The translations under genes and the position numbers were made by a program. Of a DNA stretch of 64,000 nt, positions 9,196 to 19,389 are shown piece after piece; position 1 is the first letter of the stretch; every line of letters begins with the position of its first letter. The notes beneath the pieces are model-generated. The model had not been told where the DNA came from. It saw nothing but the letters and a program-made list of their open reading frames with translations, and made no database searches. Origin of the DNA: an uncultured Planctomycetales bacterium (lineage in GTDB: Bacteria > Omnitrophota > Gorgyraeia > Zapsychrales > JANLHA01). Where the stretch lies: the NCBI GenBank assembly GCA_964489065.1, contig CAZAXH010000008.1, positions 130 to 64,129 of the forward strand. The letters run 5' to 3'.

Positions 9196-9480
9196 ACGCC
9201 TGGCCTCAAGCGCTTGTTTTAGAAAACAAAAGGGACTAATTCACTTCATCCACCGGCTTTTCTATTATGGAATACTGATTTTTGGGCCAGTTGACTCATA
9301 AATAAATGTTACCGAAGAAGACGGGGAGAGGGCCCCCTTTCCTGTTGACGGGTATAATACATTTTTATATAATGACTTCGTTTGATTTTTATCGTTTTGA
9401 TATTTTTGAAGATAAGAGGACGCAAGGGGTGCTGGAGTGAATTAGCCCCTTTTGTTTTTTTAATAAGGGCGCTTGAACGA
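9196..9480. mobile_element. MITE-like ~285-bp element bounded by ~45-bp imperfect terminal inverted repeats, carrying the acnA promoter
   Basis: Left TIR agcgcttgttttagaaaacaaaagggactaattcacttcatcca (9205-9251). Right TIR at 9433-9479 is its near reverse complement (ggagtgaattagccccttttgtttttttaataagggcgcttg). AT-rich interior. Confidence 0.55.
9345..9373 (+). promoter_or_regulatory. Strong sigma70-type promoter for acnA (TTGACG-17 bp-TATAAT)
   Basis: TTGACG at 9345-9350, 17-bp spacer, TATAAT at 9368-9373; ~165 nt upstream of the acnA ATG. Confidence 0.6.
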
Positions 9481-9537
9481 CGGCACTCTTTGCGTCCTCT
9501 TTTAATTAAATAATCTATAATATTCAAGGATTCACTT

Positions 9538-12219
9538 ATGCCCGCTTCCAATAAAGACACGTTTAAACTGTTAAAGGCCGGACAGAAAAGCGTCGGGATT
9601 TATCACCTGGCCAAACTGTCTAGGTTAGGCTTGCCTGCGCCGGATAAGCTGCCGTATTCCATCAAAGTTCTTCTGGAAAACGCCTTGCGCAACTGGGACG
9701 ATTATCAGGTGCAGTTCGAAGACGTCAAGAAACTGGCGTCCTGGCAGGGGCGTGGTTTGCCGCAGACTGAGATCGCGTTCAAGCCGGGCCGGGTGATCCT
9801 GCAGGATTTCACCGGCGTCCCCTGCGTGGTCGATCTGGCGGCGATGCGTTCCGCCATGAAGCGCCTGGGCGGGGATTACCGGAAAATCAATCCGCAGGTG
9901 CCGTGTGATCTTGTGATCGACCATTCCCTGCAGATCGACGCCTACGGTTCGTCCAAAGCGGCCGCGACGAATGTCCGCCAGGAATTCAGGCGCAACCGCG
10001 AGCGGTATGAATTTTTAAAATGGGGGCAGCGGGTGTTCCGGAATTTCCGGGTGGTGCCTCCCTCGACCGGGATTATTCACCAGGTCAACCTGGAATATCT
10101 CGCGCAGGGGGTGCTGATCAGGAAAGCCGGGAAAGACTCTGTGGCTTATCCGGACAGCCTGGTGGGGACGGACAGCCACACCACGATGATTAACGGGATT
10201 GGGATCGTGGGCTGGGGTGTCGGAGGCATTGAAGCTGAAGCCGTGATGCTGGGGGAGCCGATCTATATGCTGCTGCCGCAAGTGGTGGGCTTTAAACTGA
10301 CCGGCGAGCTGCCTGAAGGCGTGACCGCGACCGACCTAGTTTTGACGATTACCCAGACTTTAAGAAAGAAAGGGGTGGTGGGGAAATTCGTGGAGTTTTT
10401 CGGCCCGAGCCTGAAGACGTTAAGCCTGCCGGACCGGGCGACCGTAGCTAACATGGCGCCGGAGTACGGCGCGACGATGGGTATTTTCCCTATTGACGAA
10501 GAGACTCTTGATTATTACCGGCTTACGGGGCGCAAGCCGGCCCAGGTCGATCTGATTGAACGCTACGCCAAGGAACAGGGGATGTTTTACTCACCCCGGA
10601 CGCCTGTGGCGGATTACACTGAGATTCTGGAACTGGACCTGTCCTCGGTGGAGCCGTCGCTGGCCGGGCCCAAGCGGCCGCAGGACCGGGTTCTGTTAAA
10701 AGACATGCAGTCGTCATTCCGTAATGCTTTACGCGCTCCCCTTAAGGAGCGGGGGTTTGAATTGAAGGAAGACGCTTTACCGGCCCGCGCCGGCGGCATG
10801 GCGCACGGCGCGGTGGTGATCGCTTCGATCACCAGCTGTACCAACACCTCCAACCCGTCGGTGCTGATCGCGGCCGGGCTGCTGGCGAAGAAAGCCGTGG
10901 AACGGGGCTTAAGTGTGCCCGCGTATGTCAAGACAAGCCTGGCGCCGGGGTCATTGGTGGTGGAGGAATATCTGTCCGCTTCGGGTTTGCTGGCGTATCT
11001 GGAAAAGCTGCGGTTTCATATTGTCGGCTACGGGTGCGCGACGTGCATCGGCAACAGCGGGCCTCTGGCGCCGGGGATCGCCGACACGATTCAGGAACAC
11101 GACCTTGTCGCGGCCGCGGTCTTGAGCGGGAACCGGAATTTCGAGGGGCGGATTAATCCGCACACAAAAGCGAACTACCTCGCCAGCCCGCCGCTGGTCG
11201 TGGCCTACAGCCTGGCCGGGACCGTGGAAATTGATTTTATGACCCAGCCGGTCGGGCTGGATAAAGACGGGAAACCGGTGTTCCTGTCCGACCTCTGGCC
11301 GTCGCAGGAGGAAGTGCGGGGCGTGCTGCGGAAAACGGTCACGGCAAAGGCTTACGCGAAACGGTATAAAAATGTGTTCAGCGGCAACCAGGACTGGGAG
11401 AAGATTAAGGCGACGGAGAGCGACCTGTTCCGCTGGAAAGCCAAAAGTACGTATATCCAGGAACCGCCGTTTTTTATCGATATGACCCGTGAACCCGGCA
11501 CGATCCGGCCGGTCAGCGGAGCCAGGGTTCTGGTCAAGGTGGGGGATTCCATCACCACCGACCACATTTCCCCGGCGGGCGCGATCGCCCCGGACAGCGC
11601 GGCCGGTTCTTATCTGCGTTCGCTGGGGGTTGAGCCGCGTCAGTTTAACAGCTACGGGTCCCGCCGGGGGAATGACCGGGTTATGGTGCGGGGCACATTC
11701 GCCAATATCCGTTTGCGCAATCAGCTGGCGCCCGGCACCGAAGGGGCCTGGACCGTTCATTTCCCTTCGGGAGAAAAGATGACGATCTACGACGCCGCCC
11801 GGAAATATCAGGAGAGCCGGACGCCGCTTCTTGTCCTGGCGGGAAAAGAATACGGGACCGGGTCCAGCCGGGACTGGGCGGCCAAGGGCACGGCGCTGCT
11901 GGGCGTCAAAATCGTGCTGGCGCAGAGCTTTGAAAGGATTCACCGCAGCAATCTCGCGGGGATGGGGCTTCTGCCGCTCGAGTTTTTAGCGGGCGAATCC
12001 GCCGACACGCTGGGCCTGACCGGAGAAGAGATTTTCGAAGTGCCGGATCTGAATGAGGGCTTAAGGCCCCAGCAGGTCCTTAAGGTCCGGGCGCTTAAGG
12101 CGGACGGGAGCGTTAAGGAATTTTCCGGCCTCTGCCGCCTGGACACGCCGGTTGAGATCGATTATTACCGCAACGGCGGAGTGCTGCAGACCGTGTTGAG
12201 AAAACTGCTCGCCGGGTGA
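9538..12219 (+). CDS. acnA: Aconitate hydratase A
   Basis: 893 aa; aconitase motifs SCTNTSNP and GNRNFEGRI; cluster-ligand cysteines in CATCIGNSG. Confidence 0.93.
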   Translation: MPASNKDTFKLLKAGQKSVGIYHLAKLSRLGLPAPDKLPYSIKVLLENALRNWDDYQVQFEDVKKLASWQGRGLPQTEIAFKPGRVILQDFTGVPCVVDLAAMRSAMKRLGGDYRKINPQVPCDLVIDHSLQIDAYGSSKAAATNVRQEFRRNRERYEFLKWGQRVFRNFRVVPPSTGIIHQVNLEYLAQGVLIRKAGKDSVAYPDSLVGTDSHTTMINGIGIVGWGVGGIEAEAVMLGEPIYMLLPQVVGFKLTGELPEGVTATDLVLTITQTLRKKGVVGKFVEFFGPSLKTLSLPDRATVANMAPEYGATMGIFPIDEETLDYYRLTGRKPAQVDLIERYAKEQGMFYSPRTPVADYTEILELDLSSVEPSLAGPKRPQDRVLLKDMQSSFRNALRAPLKERGFELKEDALPARAGGMAHGAVVIASITSCTNTSNPSVLIAAGLLAKKAVERGLSVPAYVKTSLAPGSLVVEEYLSASGLLAYLEKLRFHIVGYGCATCIGNSGPLAPGIADTIQEHDLVAAAVLSGNRNFEGRINPHTKANYLASPPLVVAYSLAGTVEIDFMTQPVGLDKDGKPVFLSDLWPSQEEVRGVLRKTVTAKAYAKRYKNVFSGNQDWEKIKATESDLFRWKAKSTYIQEPPFFIDMTREPGTIRPVSGARVLVKVGDSITTDHISPAGAIAPDSAAGSYLRSLGVEPRQFNSYGSRRGNDRVMVRGTFANIRLRNQLAPGTEGAWTVHFPSGEKMTIYDAARKYQESRTPLLVLAGKEYGTGSSRDWAAKGTALLGVKIVLAQSFERIHRSNLAGMGLLPLEFLAGESADTLGLTGEEIFEVPDLNEGLRPQQVLKVRALKADGSVKEFSGLCRLDTPVEIDYYRNGGVLQTVLRKLLAG

Positions 12220-12292
12220 GCCAGGCATTAATATACAGGCACGAGTGGTCCGGGATCTAAGCTTAAATTTAATTATGACTGAAGGAGCAACA

Positions 12293-13699
12293 ATGCCAAA
12301 AACATTATACGACAAAATATGGGACGCCCACATGGTTCGGGAAAGCCAGGACGATATTTCGCTCATTTATGTTGACCGCCAGCTCGTCCACGAAGTGACC
12401 AGCCCCCAGGCGTTCGAGGGACTGAGGATGAGCGGCCGGCAGGTGCGGTGCCGGTATAAAACTTTCGCCACCATGGACCATAACGTTTCGACCCGCACCC
12501 AGGACTGGTCCAAGCTCGGCGGGATGGCCCTCACGCAGATGGAAACTTTAAAAGAGAACTGCAAACAGTTCGGCGTGACGCTGTATGAGTTCGGCACCCC
12601 TGACCAGGGGATTGTCCACGTCATCGGCCCGGAAAAGGGGATCACCCAGCCGGGCATGGTGATCGTCTGCGGGGATTCCCACACCGCGACGCACGGCGCG
12701 TTCGGCGCCCTGGCCTTCGGGATCGGCACGTCGGAAGTGGAGCATGTCCTGGCGACCCAGACCCTGCAGCAGAACAAATCGAAGTCCATGCTGATCCGGG
12801 TGGACGGCGCGCTGGGCCGCGGGGTAACGGCGAAAGACGTTATTTTATATATCATCGGGAAAATAGGCACGGACGGCGCGACCGGGTATGTGATCGAATA
12901 CGCGGGCAGCGCGATCGAGAATTTGTCGATGGAAGGCCGTATGACGGTCTGCAACATGAGCATCGAAGCCGGCGCCCGGGCCGGGATGATCGCGCCTGAC
13001 GAGAAAACCTTTGAATATTTAAAGGGGCGGGAATTCGCGCCGCGGGGGGCGGATTGGGACAAGGCCGTCGCTTACTGGCGGACGCTTAAGACCGACGCGG
13101 GCGCGTCTTTCGACCGGGTCGTGGAGATTCAGGCGGAGGAGATCGCCCCGCAGGTGACGTGGGGGACCAGCCCGGGGCAGGTCACCTCGATCGACGGAGC
13201 TGTTCCGGACCCGGAAACCCTGGGAGACCCGGTGAAAACAGCCGCGGCGAAAAACGCCCTGTCCTATATGGACCTGAAACCGCTGACTCCGATGAAAGGG
13301 ATCCCGGTCACGAACGTGTTTATCGGGTCCTGCACCAACGGCCGGATCGAAGACCTGCGGGCCGCCGCGGAAGTGGTCAAGGGCAAGACCGTGCACGCCG
13401 GAGTGCAGGCGATCGTCGTGCCGGGTTCGGAACGGGTGCGGGCGCAGGCCCAGGAAGAAGGCCTGCATAAAATTTTCACGGACGCCGGCATGGAGTGGCG
13501 TTTTTCAGGGTGTTCCATGTGCCTTGGCATGAATGACGACCAGTTAAAACCCGGCGAACGGTGCGCCGCGACCAGTAACCGTAATTTCGAGGGCCGGCAG
13601 GGGCCGGGCGGCCGCACGCATCTGATGTCACCGGCCATGGCCGCTTTAGCCGCCATAAAAGGACATGTGGCGGATATCCGGGAGTATGATAATCAATAA
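12293..13699 (+). CDS. leuC: 3-isopropylmalate dehydratase large subunit
   Basis: N-terminus [15 protein letters not shown] (cf. E. coli MAKTLYEKLFDAHVV); aconitase-family CxxC motifs (CTNGR, CMCLGMN); RBS GGAG upstream of the ATG at 12293. Confidence 0.9.
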   Translation: MPKTLYDKIWDAHMVRESQDDISLIYVDRQLVHEVTSPQAFEGLRMSGRQVRCRYKTFATMDHNVSTRTQDWSKLGGMALTQMETLKENCKQFGVTLYEFGTPDQGIVHVIGPEKGITQPGMVIVCGDSHTATHGAFGALAFGIGTSEVEHVLATQTLQQNKSKSMLIRVDGALGRGVTAKDVILYIIGKIGTDGATGYVIEYAGSAIENLSMEGRMTVCNMSIEAGARAGMIAPDEKTFEYLKGREFAPRGADWDKAVAYWRTLKTDAGASFDRVVEIQAEEIAPQVTWGTSPGQVTSIDGAVPDPETLGDPVKTAAAKNALSYMDLKPLTPMKGIPVTNVFIGSCTNGRIEDLRAAAEVVKGKTVHAGVQAIVVPGSERVRAQAQEEGLHKIFTDAGMEWRFSGCSMCLGMNDDQLKPGERCAATSNRNFEGRQGPGGRTHLMSPAMAALAAIKGHVADIREYDNQ

Positions 13700-13729
13700 A
13701 AGCAGTTTTGAAATAAAAAGGAAAAGACT

Positions 13730-14344
13730 ATGAGACCTTTTATTCAGCATAAAGGCATTGCCGCCCCGTTGGACCGGGCGAATATTGACACTGACGCGAT
13801 CATCCCCAAACAGTTCCTGCGTAAAATCGAGCGCACTGGCTTTGGCAAACACCTGTTTCACGAATGGCGGTACGCGGATTATGACGGTAAAAACGAAAAT
13901 CCGGACTTTGTCCTTAATCAGAGAGAATACCGGCACGCGACGGTTTTGCTGGCGCGTGACAATTTCGGCTGCGGTTCCAGCCGGGAGCACGCGCCCTGGG
14001 CGCTGGCCGATTACGGCTTCCGGGTGATCATTGCGCCGAGCTTTGCGGATATTTTTTACAATAACTGCGGCAAGAACGGGATCCTCGCCGTGCGCTTGTC
14101 ACCCGAGAACGTGGAAAACCTGTTTCAGCAGGCGCAGAAATTCCCGGGGGTTGAAATAGCTGCCGATCTTCCCAAACAAATTATTATTGACCGAAGCGGC
14201 CGGGAATACCGGTTTGACATTCATCCGTTCATCAAATATTGTCTGATTAAAGGCCTGGATCAGATCGGCTGGACGATGCAGTTCGATGACCAGATTGATG
14301 CGTATGAAGCCAGGCTGAAGACCCAACAGCCCTGGCTGGTGTAA
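13730..14344 (+). CDS. leuD: 3-isopropylmalate dehydratase small subunit
   Basis: IAAPLDRANIDTDAIIPKQFL ... FGCGSSREHAPWAL typical of LeuD. Confidence 0.9.
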   Translation: MRPFIQHKGIAAPLDRANIDTDAIIPKQFLRKIERTGFGKHLFHEWRYADYDGKNENPDFVLNQREYRHATVLLARDNFGCGSSREHAPWALADYGFRVIIAPSFADIFYNNCGKNGILAVRLSPENVENLFQQAQKFPGVEIAADLPKQIIIDRSGREYRFDIHPFIKYCLIKGLDQIGWTMQFDDQIDAYEARLKTQQPWLV

Positions 14345-14474
14345 TTGTGGCTGCGTTTTTTTTTATGGAAGGACTGTTTGCGCTCATTTAAAACAGTGCT
14401 ATGATGGATATCATTGTTAATGTGCGATGAACAGCATAAGCGCGGCGCTTATCGGGCCGCGCGAGGAGAGACGC

Positions 14475-15542
14475 ATGGCAGGAAACACATTCGGAGAATT
14501 ATTCCGTATCATGACCTTCGGGGAGAGCCACGGCCCGGCCCTGGGGGTGGTGATCGATGGCGTGCCGCCCTTGCTGGAGCTTTGCGAAGCTGATGTGCAG
14601 GCGGACTTGGACCGCCGGCGCCCCGGGCAGAGTGAAATCACTACCCAGCGCCGGGAATCGGACCGGGTAGAAATTTTGTCGGGGGTTTTTGAAGGCAAGA
14701 CCACCGGAACCCCTTTGGCCATGCTGATCCAGAATCAGGACCAGCGGTCACAGGATTATTCCAACATCATGGACGCTTACCGGCCAGGGCACGCGGATTA
14801 CACGTACCAGATGAAGTACGGCATCCGGGATTACCGGGGCGGAGGCCGATCTTCCGGCCGGGAGACAGCGGCGCGGGTGGCGGCCGGCGCGGTGGCCAAA
14901 AAATATTTAGCCCAGGCCGGGATTAAAGTCACGGCCTACACGATCGCGGTCGGTTCGATCCGGACCGACAAGCGGGATTATGATGTCATTGAACAGAACC
15001 TGGTCAGGGCGCCGGATATGGACGCGGCCCAGCGGATGGTGCAGGTGATTGAGGATGCCCGCCGGGCCTGTGATTCGGTGGGCGGGGTCATTGAGGCACG
15101 GGTGCAGGGCTGTCCGCCCGGCTTGGGAGATCCTGTCTTTGGAAAGCTGAACGCCCGGCTGGCCCACGCGGTGATGTCTATCGGTACGATCCGGGGTATT
15201 GAATTTGGGGACGGTTTTGCCGCCGCGCTTTTAAAAGCCTCGGAACATAATGACCCGTTTATTGTGCAAGAAGGGCGGGCTGTTCCGGCGACAAACCACG
15301 CCGGCGGCATCCTGGGCGGGATTTCAACGGGCGCGGATATCCTTTTGCGGGCGGCGGTCAAACCGCCGTCATCCATTGCCTTGCATCAGAAAACCATTGA
15401 TAAAAATAATGAAGAAGTCGAAATTCAAGTCCGAGGGCGGCATGACCCGTGTTTATGCCCACGCATTGTTCCTGTCATCGAAGCTATGATCGCCCTGACG
15501 CTTGCGGACTGTTATCTGATCCAGAAAAGTATACGCGCGTAA
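14475..15542 (+). CDS. aroC: Chorismate synthase
   Basis: N-terminus MAGNTFGELFRIMTFGESHGPALGVVIDG matches AroC (E. coli [20 protein letters not shown]); start at 14475 rather than the upstream ATG. Confidence 0.9.
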   Translation: MAGNTFGELFRIMTFGESHGPALGVVIDGVPPLLELCEADVQADLDRRRPGQSEITTQRRESDRVEILSGVFEGKTTGTPLAMLIQNQDQRSQDYSNIMDAYRPGHADYTYQMKYGIRDYRGGGRSSGRETAARVAAGAVAKKYLAQAGIKVTAYTIAVGSIRTDKRDYDVIEQNLVRAPDMDAAQRMVQVIEDARRACDSVGGVIEARVQGCPPGLGDPVFGKLNARLAHAVMSIGTIRGIEFGDGFAAALLKASEHNDPFIVQEGRAVPATNHAGGILGGISTGADILLRAAVKPPSSIALHQKTIDKNNEEVEIQVRGRHDPCLCPRIVPVIEAMIALTLADCYLIQKSIRA

Positions 15543-16432
15543 TGGGCCAAAATATTTCCAATTCCCCGCAGATTGTTTTGATCACCGGCTGTTCCAGTGG
15601 GTTCGGGCTTCTGACGGCGGCCCGGTTGGCTTCCCAAGGGCACACGGTCGTTGCCACCATGCGCAACCTTGATAAACAGGGGCCGCTGCTCGAAGAATGC
15701 CAGCGCCGTAACGTGACCGTTCATGTCCTGCCGTGTGACGTGACCGACCGGCTTTCCGTGCATAACTGTTTTAAAGAGGTGGGGGCCCGGTACGGTTATC
15801 TGGATGTCCTGGTCAACAACGCCGGGCATGGGATCGCCGGGTTCTTTGAGGATTTGACCGACGAGGAAATCCGGGCTCAGATGGAAACGAATTTCTTCGG
15901 CGTTTTGAACGTCACCCGGGCCGCGATCCCGTTCATGCGGCCCAGGAAACGCGGGACAATAATTAATATTTCCAGCGTTTCCGGGTTTTCTGCGTCACCC
16001 TGTTTCAGCGCGTATTGCTCCAGCAAATGGGCGCTGGAAGGGTTTTCGGAAAGCCTGCGGTATGAGCTGAAACCTTTCGGGATCGATGTCTTCCTGATTG
16101 AGCCGGGCACGTATAAGACAAAAATATTTTATGAGAACGGCCGGTATGCCAAACATTTTCATGACGAGGACAGCCCTTATTACGAAATGTCCGCCTACAT
16201 GGAGAAAAAGGTCAAGGCCTTTGTGGATGACTGTTATAAAGACCCGGAAGATATTGCCGTTCTTGTCGAAAAGCTGATCCGCTCCCGGCAGCCGTCTTTC
16301 CGTAACCGCCCGGATATCGAAACCCAGACATTGTTTTTTTTAAGGAAATGCCTGCCTTTCCGCTTTTATAGTTTTCTTATCAATAAAGCGATCCCTCTCA
16401 ACAAAATCGTCGCCGGGAAATTAAAAGTATAA
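15542..16432 (+). CDS. Short-chain dehydrogenase/reductase (SDR)
   Basis: TGCSSGFGLLTAARL glycine-rich motif; NNAG; SSVSG; YxxxK (YCSSK); start overlaps aroC stop (TAATG). Confidence 0.85.
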   Translation: MGQNISNSPQIVLITGCSSGFGLLTAARLASQGHTVVATMRNLDKQGPLLEECQRRNVTVHVLPCDVTDRLSVHNCFKEVGARYGYLDVLVNNAGHGIAGFFEDLTDEEIRAQMETNFFGVLNVTRAAIPFMRPRKRGTIINISSVSGFSASPCFSAYCSSKWALEGFSESLRYELKPFGIDVFLIEPGTYKTKIFYENGRYAKHFHDEDSPYYEMSAYMEKKVKAFVDDCYKDPEDIAVLVEKLIRSRQPSFRNRPDIETQTLFFLRKCLPFRFYSFLINKAIPLNKIVAGKLKV

Positions 16433-16437
16433 ATCTA

Positions 16438-16588
16438 AAAACAAGCTCTGGACTCAATGAACCGCAGCAGGCCGCGGGGTATGAAATCACCATCCTTCGG
16501 CTCGTTCGCTTTAGCTCTCTCGCTGAAGGATCAATTCGCATTTCTAGTTTACACTCTCTGTGGTCGTGTAAACTAAATGCTCATTGAA
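16438..16588 (-). repeat. Copy R2 of dispersed ~150-bp structured repeat; its terminal hairpin plus a downstream T-tract forms a terminator-like structure after the SDR gene
   Basis: Near-identical reverse complement of 19201-19355. Contains stem GCATTTCTAGTTTACAC...GTGTAAACTAAATGC followed by ttttttattttt. Confidence 0.8.
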
Positions 16589-16592
16589 TTTT

Positions 16593-18275
16593 TTATTTTT
16601 CCCTTTCAAAAATAAGAACGTCCGGCCCGGAGCCGGTGTCGAAACGTTTGTGTATCCGGTACGGGAGTTGCCCTTCCAGGAGCAGCCGGTAGAACATAAG
16701 CCGGTTTTCTTCCAGCCGGTCCATGGCCGGGTCATCCCAGGCGGAAATGGCGGGGTTCTTGAAATACCGTTCGTAGCATGAAGCGGACGTGACCAGGTAG
16801 CGCGCGCGGCTGCGCGCAACTTCGGCCGGCTGATAAAAACGGTTGACCAGTGACGATGTCTGATAATATTTCATGTCTCCCCGGAAGGTCTTGATGATCG
16901 TGCGGTATAGGGATTCATGCCCGGGCCTGGGCGTGTGCAGTTCCGGTCGCTGGATGAATTTTGACACCCGTTTGACCTCAATGTTGGGGACGTAGGCCCA
17001 GTCCAGGAGAATGGATGCGCCGTCCGCGATATTCTCTTCAATCCATTCTTCCGCCAGCCGCTGGTTGTCGGGCCGGAGCCGGGCCTGGATAAAAACGGCT
17101 GTTTTTAACGTGAAGGTCAGCAAAAGGCCGGCGGTGGCGGCGTAAAATATCCTTCGTGCGGTTTTGCCCGTCAGTTTTTGTCCGAAGAAATGAAGTAATC
17201 CGGCAATTTGCATCGCTCCCAGGGGGAACAGAAAAAGGTAATAGGAAATTTTTTGTTGATTGAGGGAGCCCGTCACGAGAAGGGAGGATGCAAGGAGCGA
17301 TAGAAAAAAAATTTCGGAACGCCGTTTGAAAAAGGAGAAAACGATTGTCGGGAAAAGCAGAATGGTCAGGAGTGCTTCCTGCTGCCAGAGGCAAGATATC
17401 ATTCCCGCGATATTGCCGGTGAGTCCCCAGGGACGGTTTTGGTGAAGCAAGAGCTGTTTTTCAACCAGAATCCCTTTCAGAAACGCGTGCGGTGTGATCA
17501 GCAGGAACGGTGATCCCGCCAGGAATATGAGCATAAACACGAGGAACAGTTTTAGTGTCAAGAGAAGCCGGGCTGTTTGGTTTCTGAAGAGCCACGGCGC
17601 GAGCAAGACCGGGATCATCAGGAGGGCGCCGTTCAGTTTTAAGCCCGCCGCCAACCCGGCGAGGACAGCGGCGCCGTAAAGGGCCGGGGCAAGGCCGCCG
17701 CGGGCGTATTTTTCATACAGGCTGTATCCCGCGAGGGCTAACAGCGCGATGATAACGTCGGGAAGCGCCAGGCAGGCCTGCGGCAGAAGAATTTTATAAG
17801 GGTCCAGGATGATCAGTAAAGCCGCAACCAGGGCGGCCTGTGTCCCGTGACGCTGGGCCGTGAGACGGCCGGCCCAAATAACGATCGCGCCCCAGCTGAA
17901 CACCGAAAATAACCGGGATGTGATCAGCCAGACAGGCAGGTTTAAATCGAAAATAAGGCCGACTGCGTAAGGGTCCGGGTAGGTTTGTAAAGGAATCCGG
18001 CTTGCCGTTATCCCCCAGAATAAAAGCGAAACCGGCAGAGAGATAAAATAACTATATAGGCTGGGATAGTTGGTAAAGTAAGGCTGGAACGTCTGGAACG
18101 CGAGGAAATGCAGGCTGTTGGACAGGAAGCTGAATTCATCGTGAAAAACCGGCCTGGTAAAGGCGGAAAAAGCGAGGAAGCCCAAAACCCCCGTGCCCAG
18201 CAGCCCTGTGAAGACAGCCGGGAATCCATTTTTTTTAAAAAAGCCGTTGTGCGGGAGGCGGGTTAAAAAGTTCAT
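16593..18275 (-). CDS. ArnT/PMT-like GT-C fold membrane glycosyltransferase (GT39/GT83-like), paralog 1
   Basis: 560 aa polytopic; N-terminal loop acidic DE motif (VFHDEFSF); general architecture of 4-amino-arabinose / protein-O-mannosyl transferase family. Confidence 0.65.
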   Translation of the reverse strand: MNFLTRLPHNGFFKKNGFPAVFTGLLGTGVLGFLAFSAFTRPVFHDEFSFLSNSLHFLAFQTFQPYFTNYPSLYSYFISLPVSLLFWGITASRIPLQTYPDPYAVGLIFDLNLPVWLITSRLFSVFSWGAIVIWAGRLTAQRHGTQAALVAALLIILDPYKILLPQACLALPDVIIALLALAGYSLYEKYARGGLAPALYGAAVLAGLAAGLKLNGALLMIPVLLAPWLFRNQTARLLLTLKLFLVFMLIFLAGSPFLLITPHAFLKGILVEKQLLLHQNRPWGLTGNIAGMISCLWQQEALLTILLFPTIVFSFFKRRSEIFFLSLLASSLLVTGSLNQQKISYYLFLFPLGAMQIAGLLHFFGQKLTGKTARRIFYAATAGLLLTFTLKTAVFIQARLRPDNQRLAEEWIEENIADGASILLDWAYVPNIEVKRVSKFIQRPELHTPRPGHESLYRTIIKTFRGDMKYYQTSSLVNRFYQPAEVARSRARYLVTSASCYERYFKNPAISAWDDPAMDRLEENRLMFYRLLLEGQLPYRIHKRFDTGSGPDVLIFEREK

Positions 18276-18281
18276 GTGAAG

Positions 18282-18938
18282 TTACAGGTTTATCCCGATA
18301 CGGTCTGTCAGGAATTCTTCCAGAGAGTGGCACTGAAGGTACGGGTTCGTCTGTTTCTGCTCCCCCAGGGTCGCGGACGACGCGTCGCCGTAATCGTGCC
18401 CTGGATAAATCAGGGTAGATTCCGGAAGTTTCAGGATGACGTTGTATAAAGAGTCATACATCTGGCGGGCATTGCCTCCAGGAAGGTCGCAGCGGCCGCA
18501 GCATTCGAAAAAGAGCGTATCGCCGGTGAGCAGCCTGCCTTCGGTCAGAAAGCACTGTGAGCCGGGTGTGTGCCCGGGGGTGTGGAGGCACAGGATTTTA
18601 AGCCCGCCGATGTGGATTTCATCCTGGTGATCAACGAATCGGATCCCCGCGCAGTCCGGCCGGTAATAGTCCGCTTCATGTTTGGAAAGATACACCGGAA
18701 CGGGGTGCCGCTTCAGCAGTTCCGCGACCGCGTTTGCGTGGTCATAATGCCCGTGAGTCAGAAGCAGGGCCGCGATAATATAATTTTGGGCCTGACAGTA
18801 ATTAATAATGGCCGAAGCGCCCCATCCCGGGTCAACGATACCGACCTGTTGGGTTCCCGGATCGCCGATGACATAGGTGATATTACCCATCGGCCCCAGA
18901 GGCAGCTGATCAAGAATAATGGAATCTTTGCTTTTCAA
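18282..18938 (-). CDS. MBL-fold metallo-hydrolase (glyoxalase II / hydroxyacylglutathione hydrolase-like)
   Basis: HxHxDH motif (THGHYDHA), downstream His/Asp ligands (HTPGHTPGS, GDTLF). Confidence 0.85.
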   Translation of the reverse strand: MKSKDSIILDQLPLGPMGNITYVIGDPGTQQVGIVDPGWGASAIINYCQAQNYIIAALLLTHGHYDHANAVAELLKRHPVPVYLSKHEADYYRPDCAGIRFVDHQDEIHIGGLKILCLHTPGHTPGSQCFLTEGRLLTGDTLFFECCGRCDLPGGNARQMYDSLYNVILKLPESTLIYPGHDYGDASSATLGEQKQTNPYLQCHSLEEFLTDRIGINL

Positions 18939-19110
18939 GTGAATTCCTTTCCTTAAAGGTGTTTCTATTTGTCCGTTTTCAGGTTTTTCAAAAAAACAGG
19001 CTGAACCCCGGCCCGCTTAACCTGATACGGAAAGCAATATTATTATACACAAAGTTGTGTTTATGACCATGCAGAATCATGTATTGTGCGGCACCCTTTT
19101 TATAATATGC

Positions 19111-19138
19111 TTGACAGAAGAAAGGAGGCCCTTATAAT
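19111..19138 (+). promoter_or_regulatory. sigma70-like promoter (TTGACA-16 bp-TATAAT) driving a short leader/sRNA-like transcript
   Basis: TTGACA at 19111-19116, TATAAT at 19133-19138. Confidence 0.5.
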
Positions 19139-19156
19139 TATAAAAATTATAAAAAG

Positions 19157-19202
19157 GACGGGGAACAGACATAAAGCCCGTCCGGTGCGGGCTTGTTTTT
19201 TT
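19157..19202 (+). terminator. Rho-independent terminator-like hairpin with alternative upstream stem (attenuator-like) about 20 nt after the promoter
   Basis: GGACGGG(n12)CCCGTCC overlaps GCCCG-TCCGGTG-CGGGC followed by TTGTTTTTTT; the two stems are mutually exclusive. Confidence 0.5.
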
Positions 19203-19355
19203 CAATGAGCATTTAGTTTATGCGACCCAAGGGAGTGTAAATTAGAAATGCGAATTGATCCTTCAGCGAGAGAGCCAAAGCGAACGAGTCGAAGGATGGT
19301 GCTTGAATACCCTGCAGCTTGCTGCGGTTCCTTGAGCCCAGAGCTTGTTCTGGGG
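19201..19355 (+). repeat. Copy R3 of dispersed ~150-bp structured repeat (inverted relative to R2)
   Basis: ttcaatgagcatttagtttatgcgacccaagggagtgtaaattagaaatgcgaattgatcc...gctgcggttccttgagcccagagcttgttctgggg. Confidence 0.8.
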
Positions 19356-19389
19356 TTGGTGTCTTTTATTAAACGGGGTGAAATAAATC

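Noticed and set aside
10951-11943. 330-aa antisense ORF inside acnA, plus many other 60-170-aa antisense or overlapping ORFs within moxR, trxB, ilvB, leuC and others
   Set aside because: These are long stop-free frames opposite highly conserved genes with Arg/Pro/Gly-rich composition, typical of high-GC DNA; no RBS or family support.
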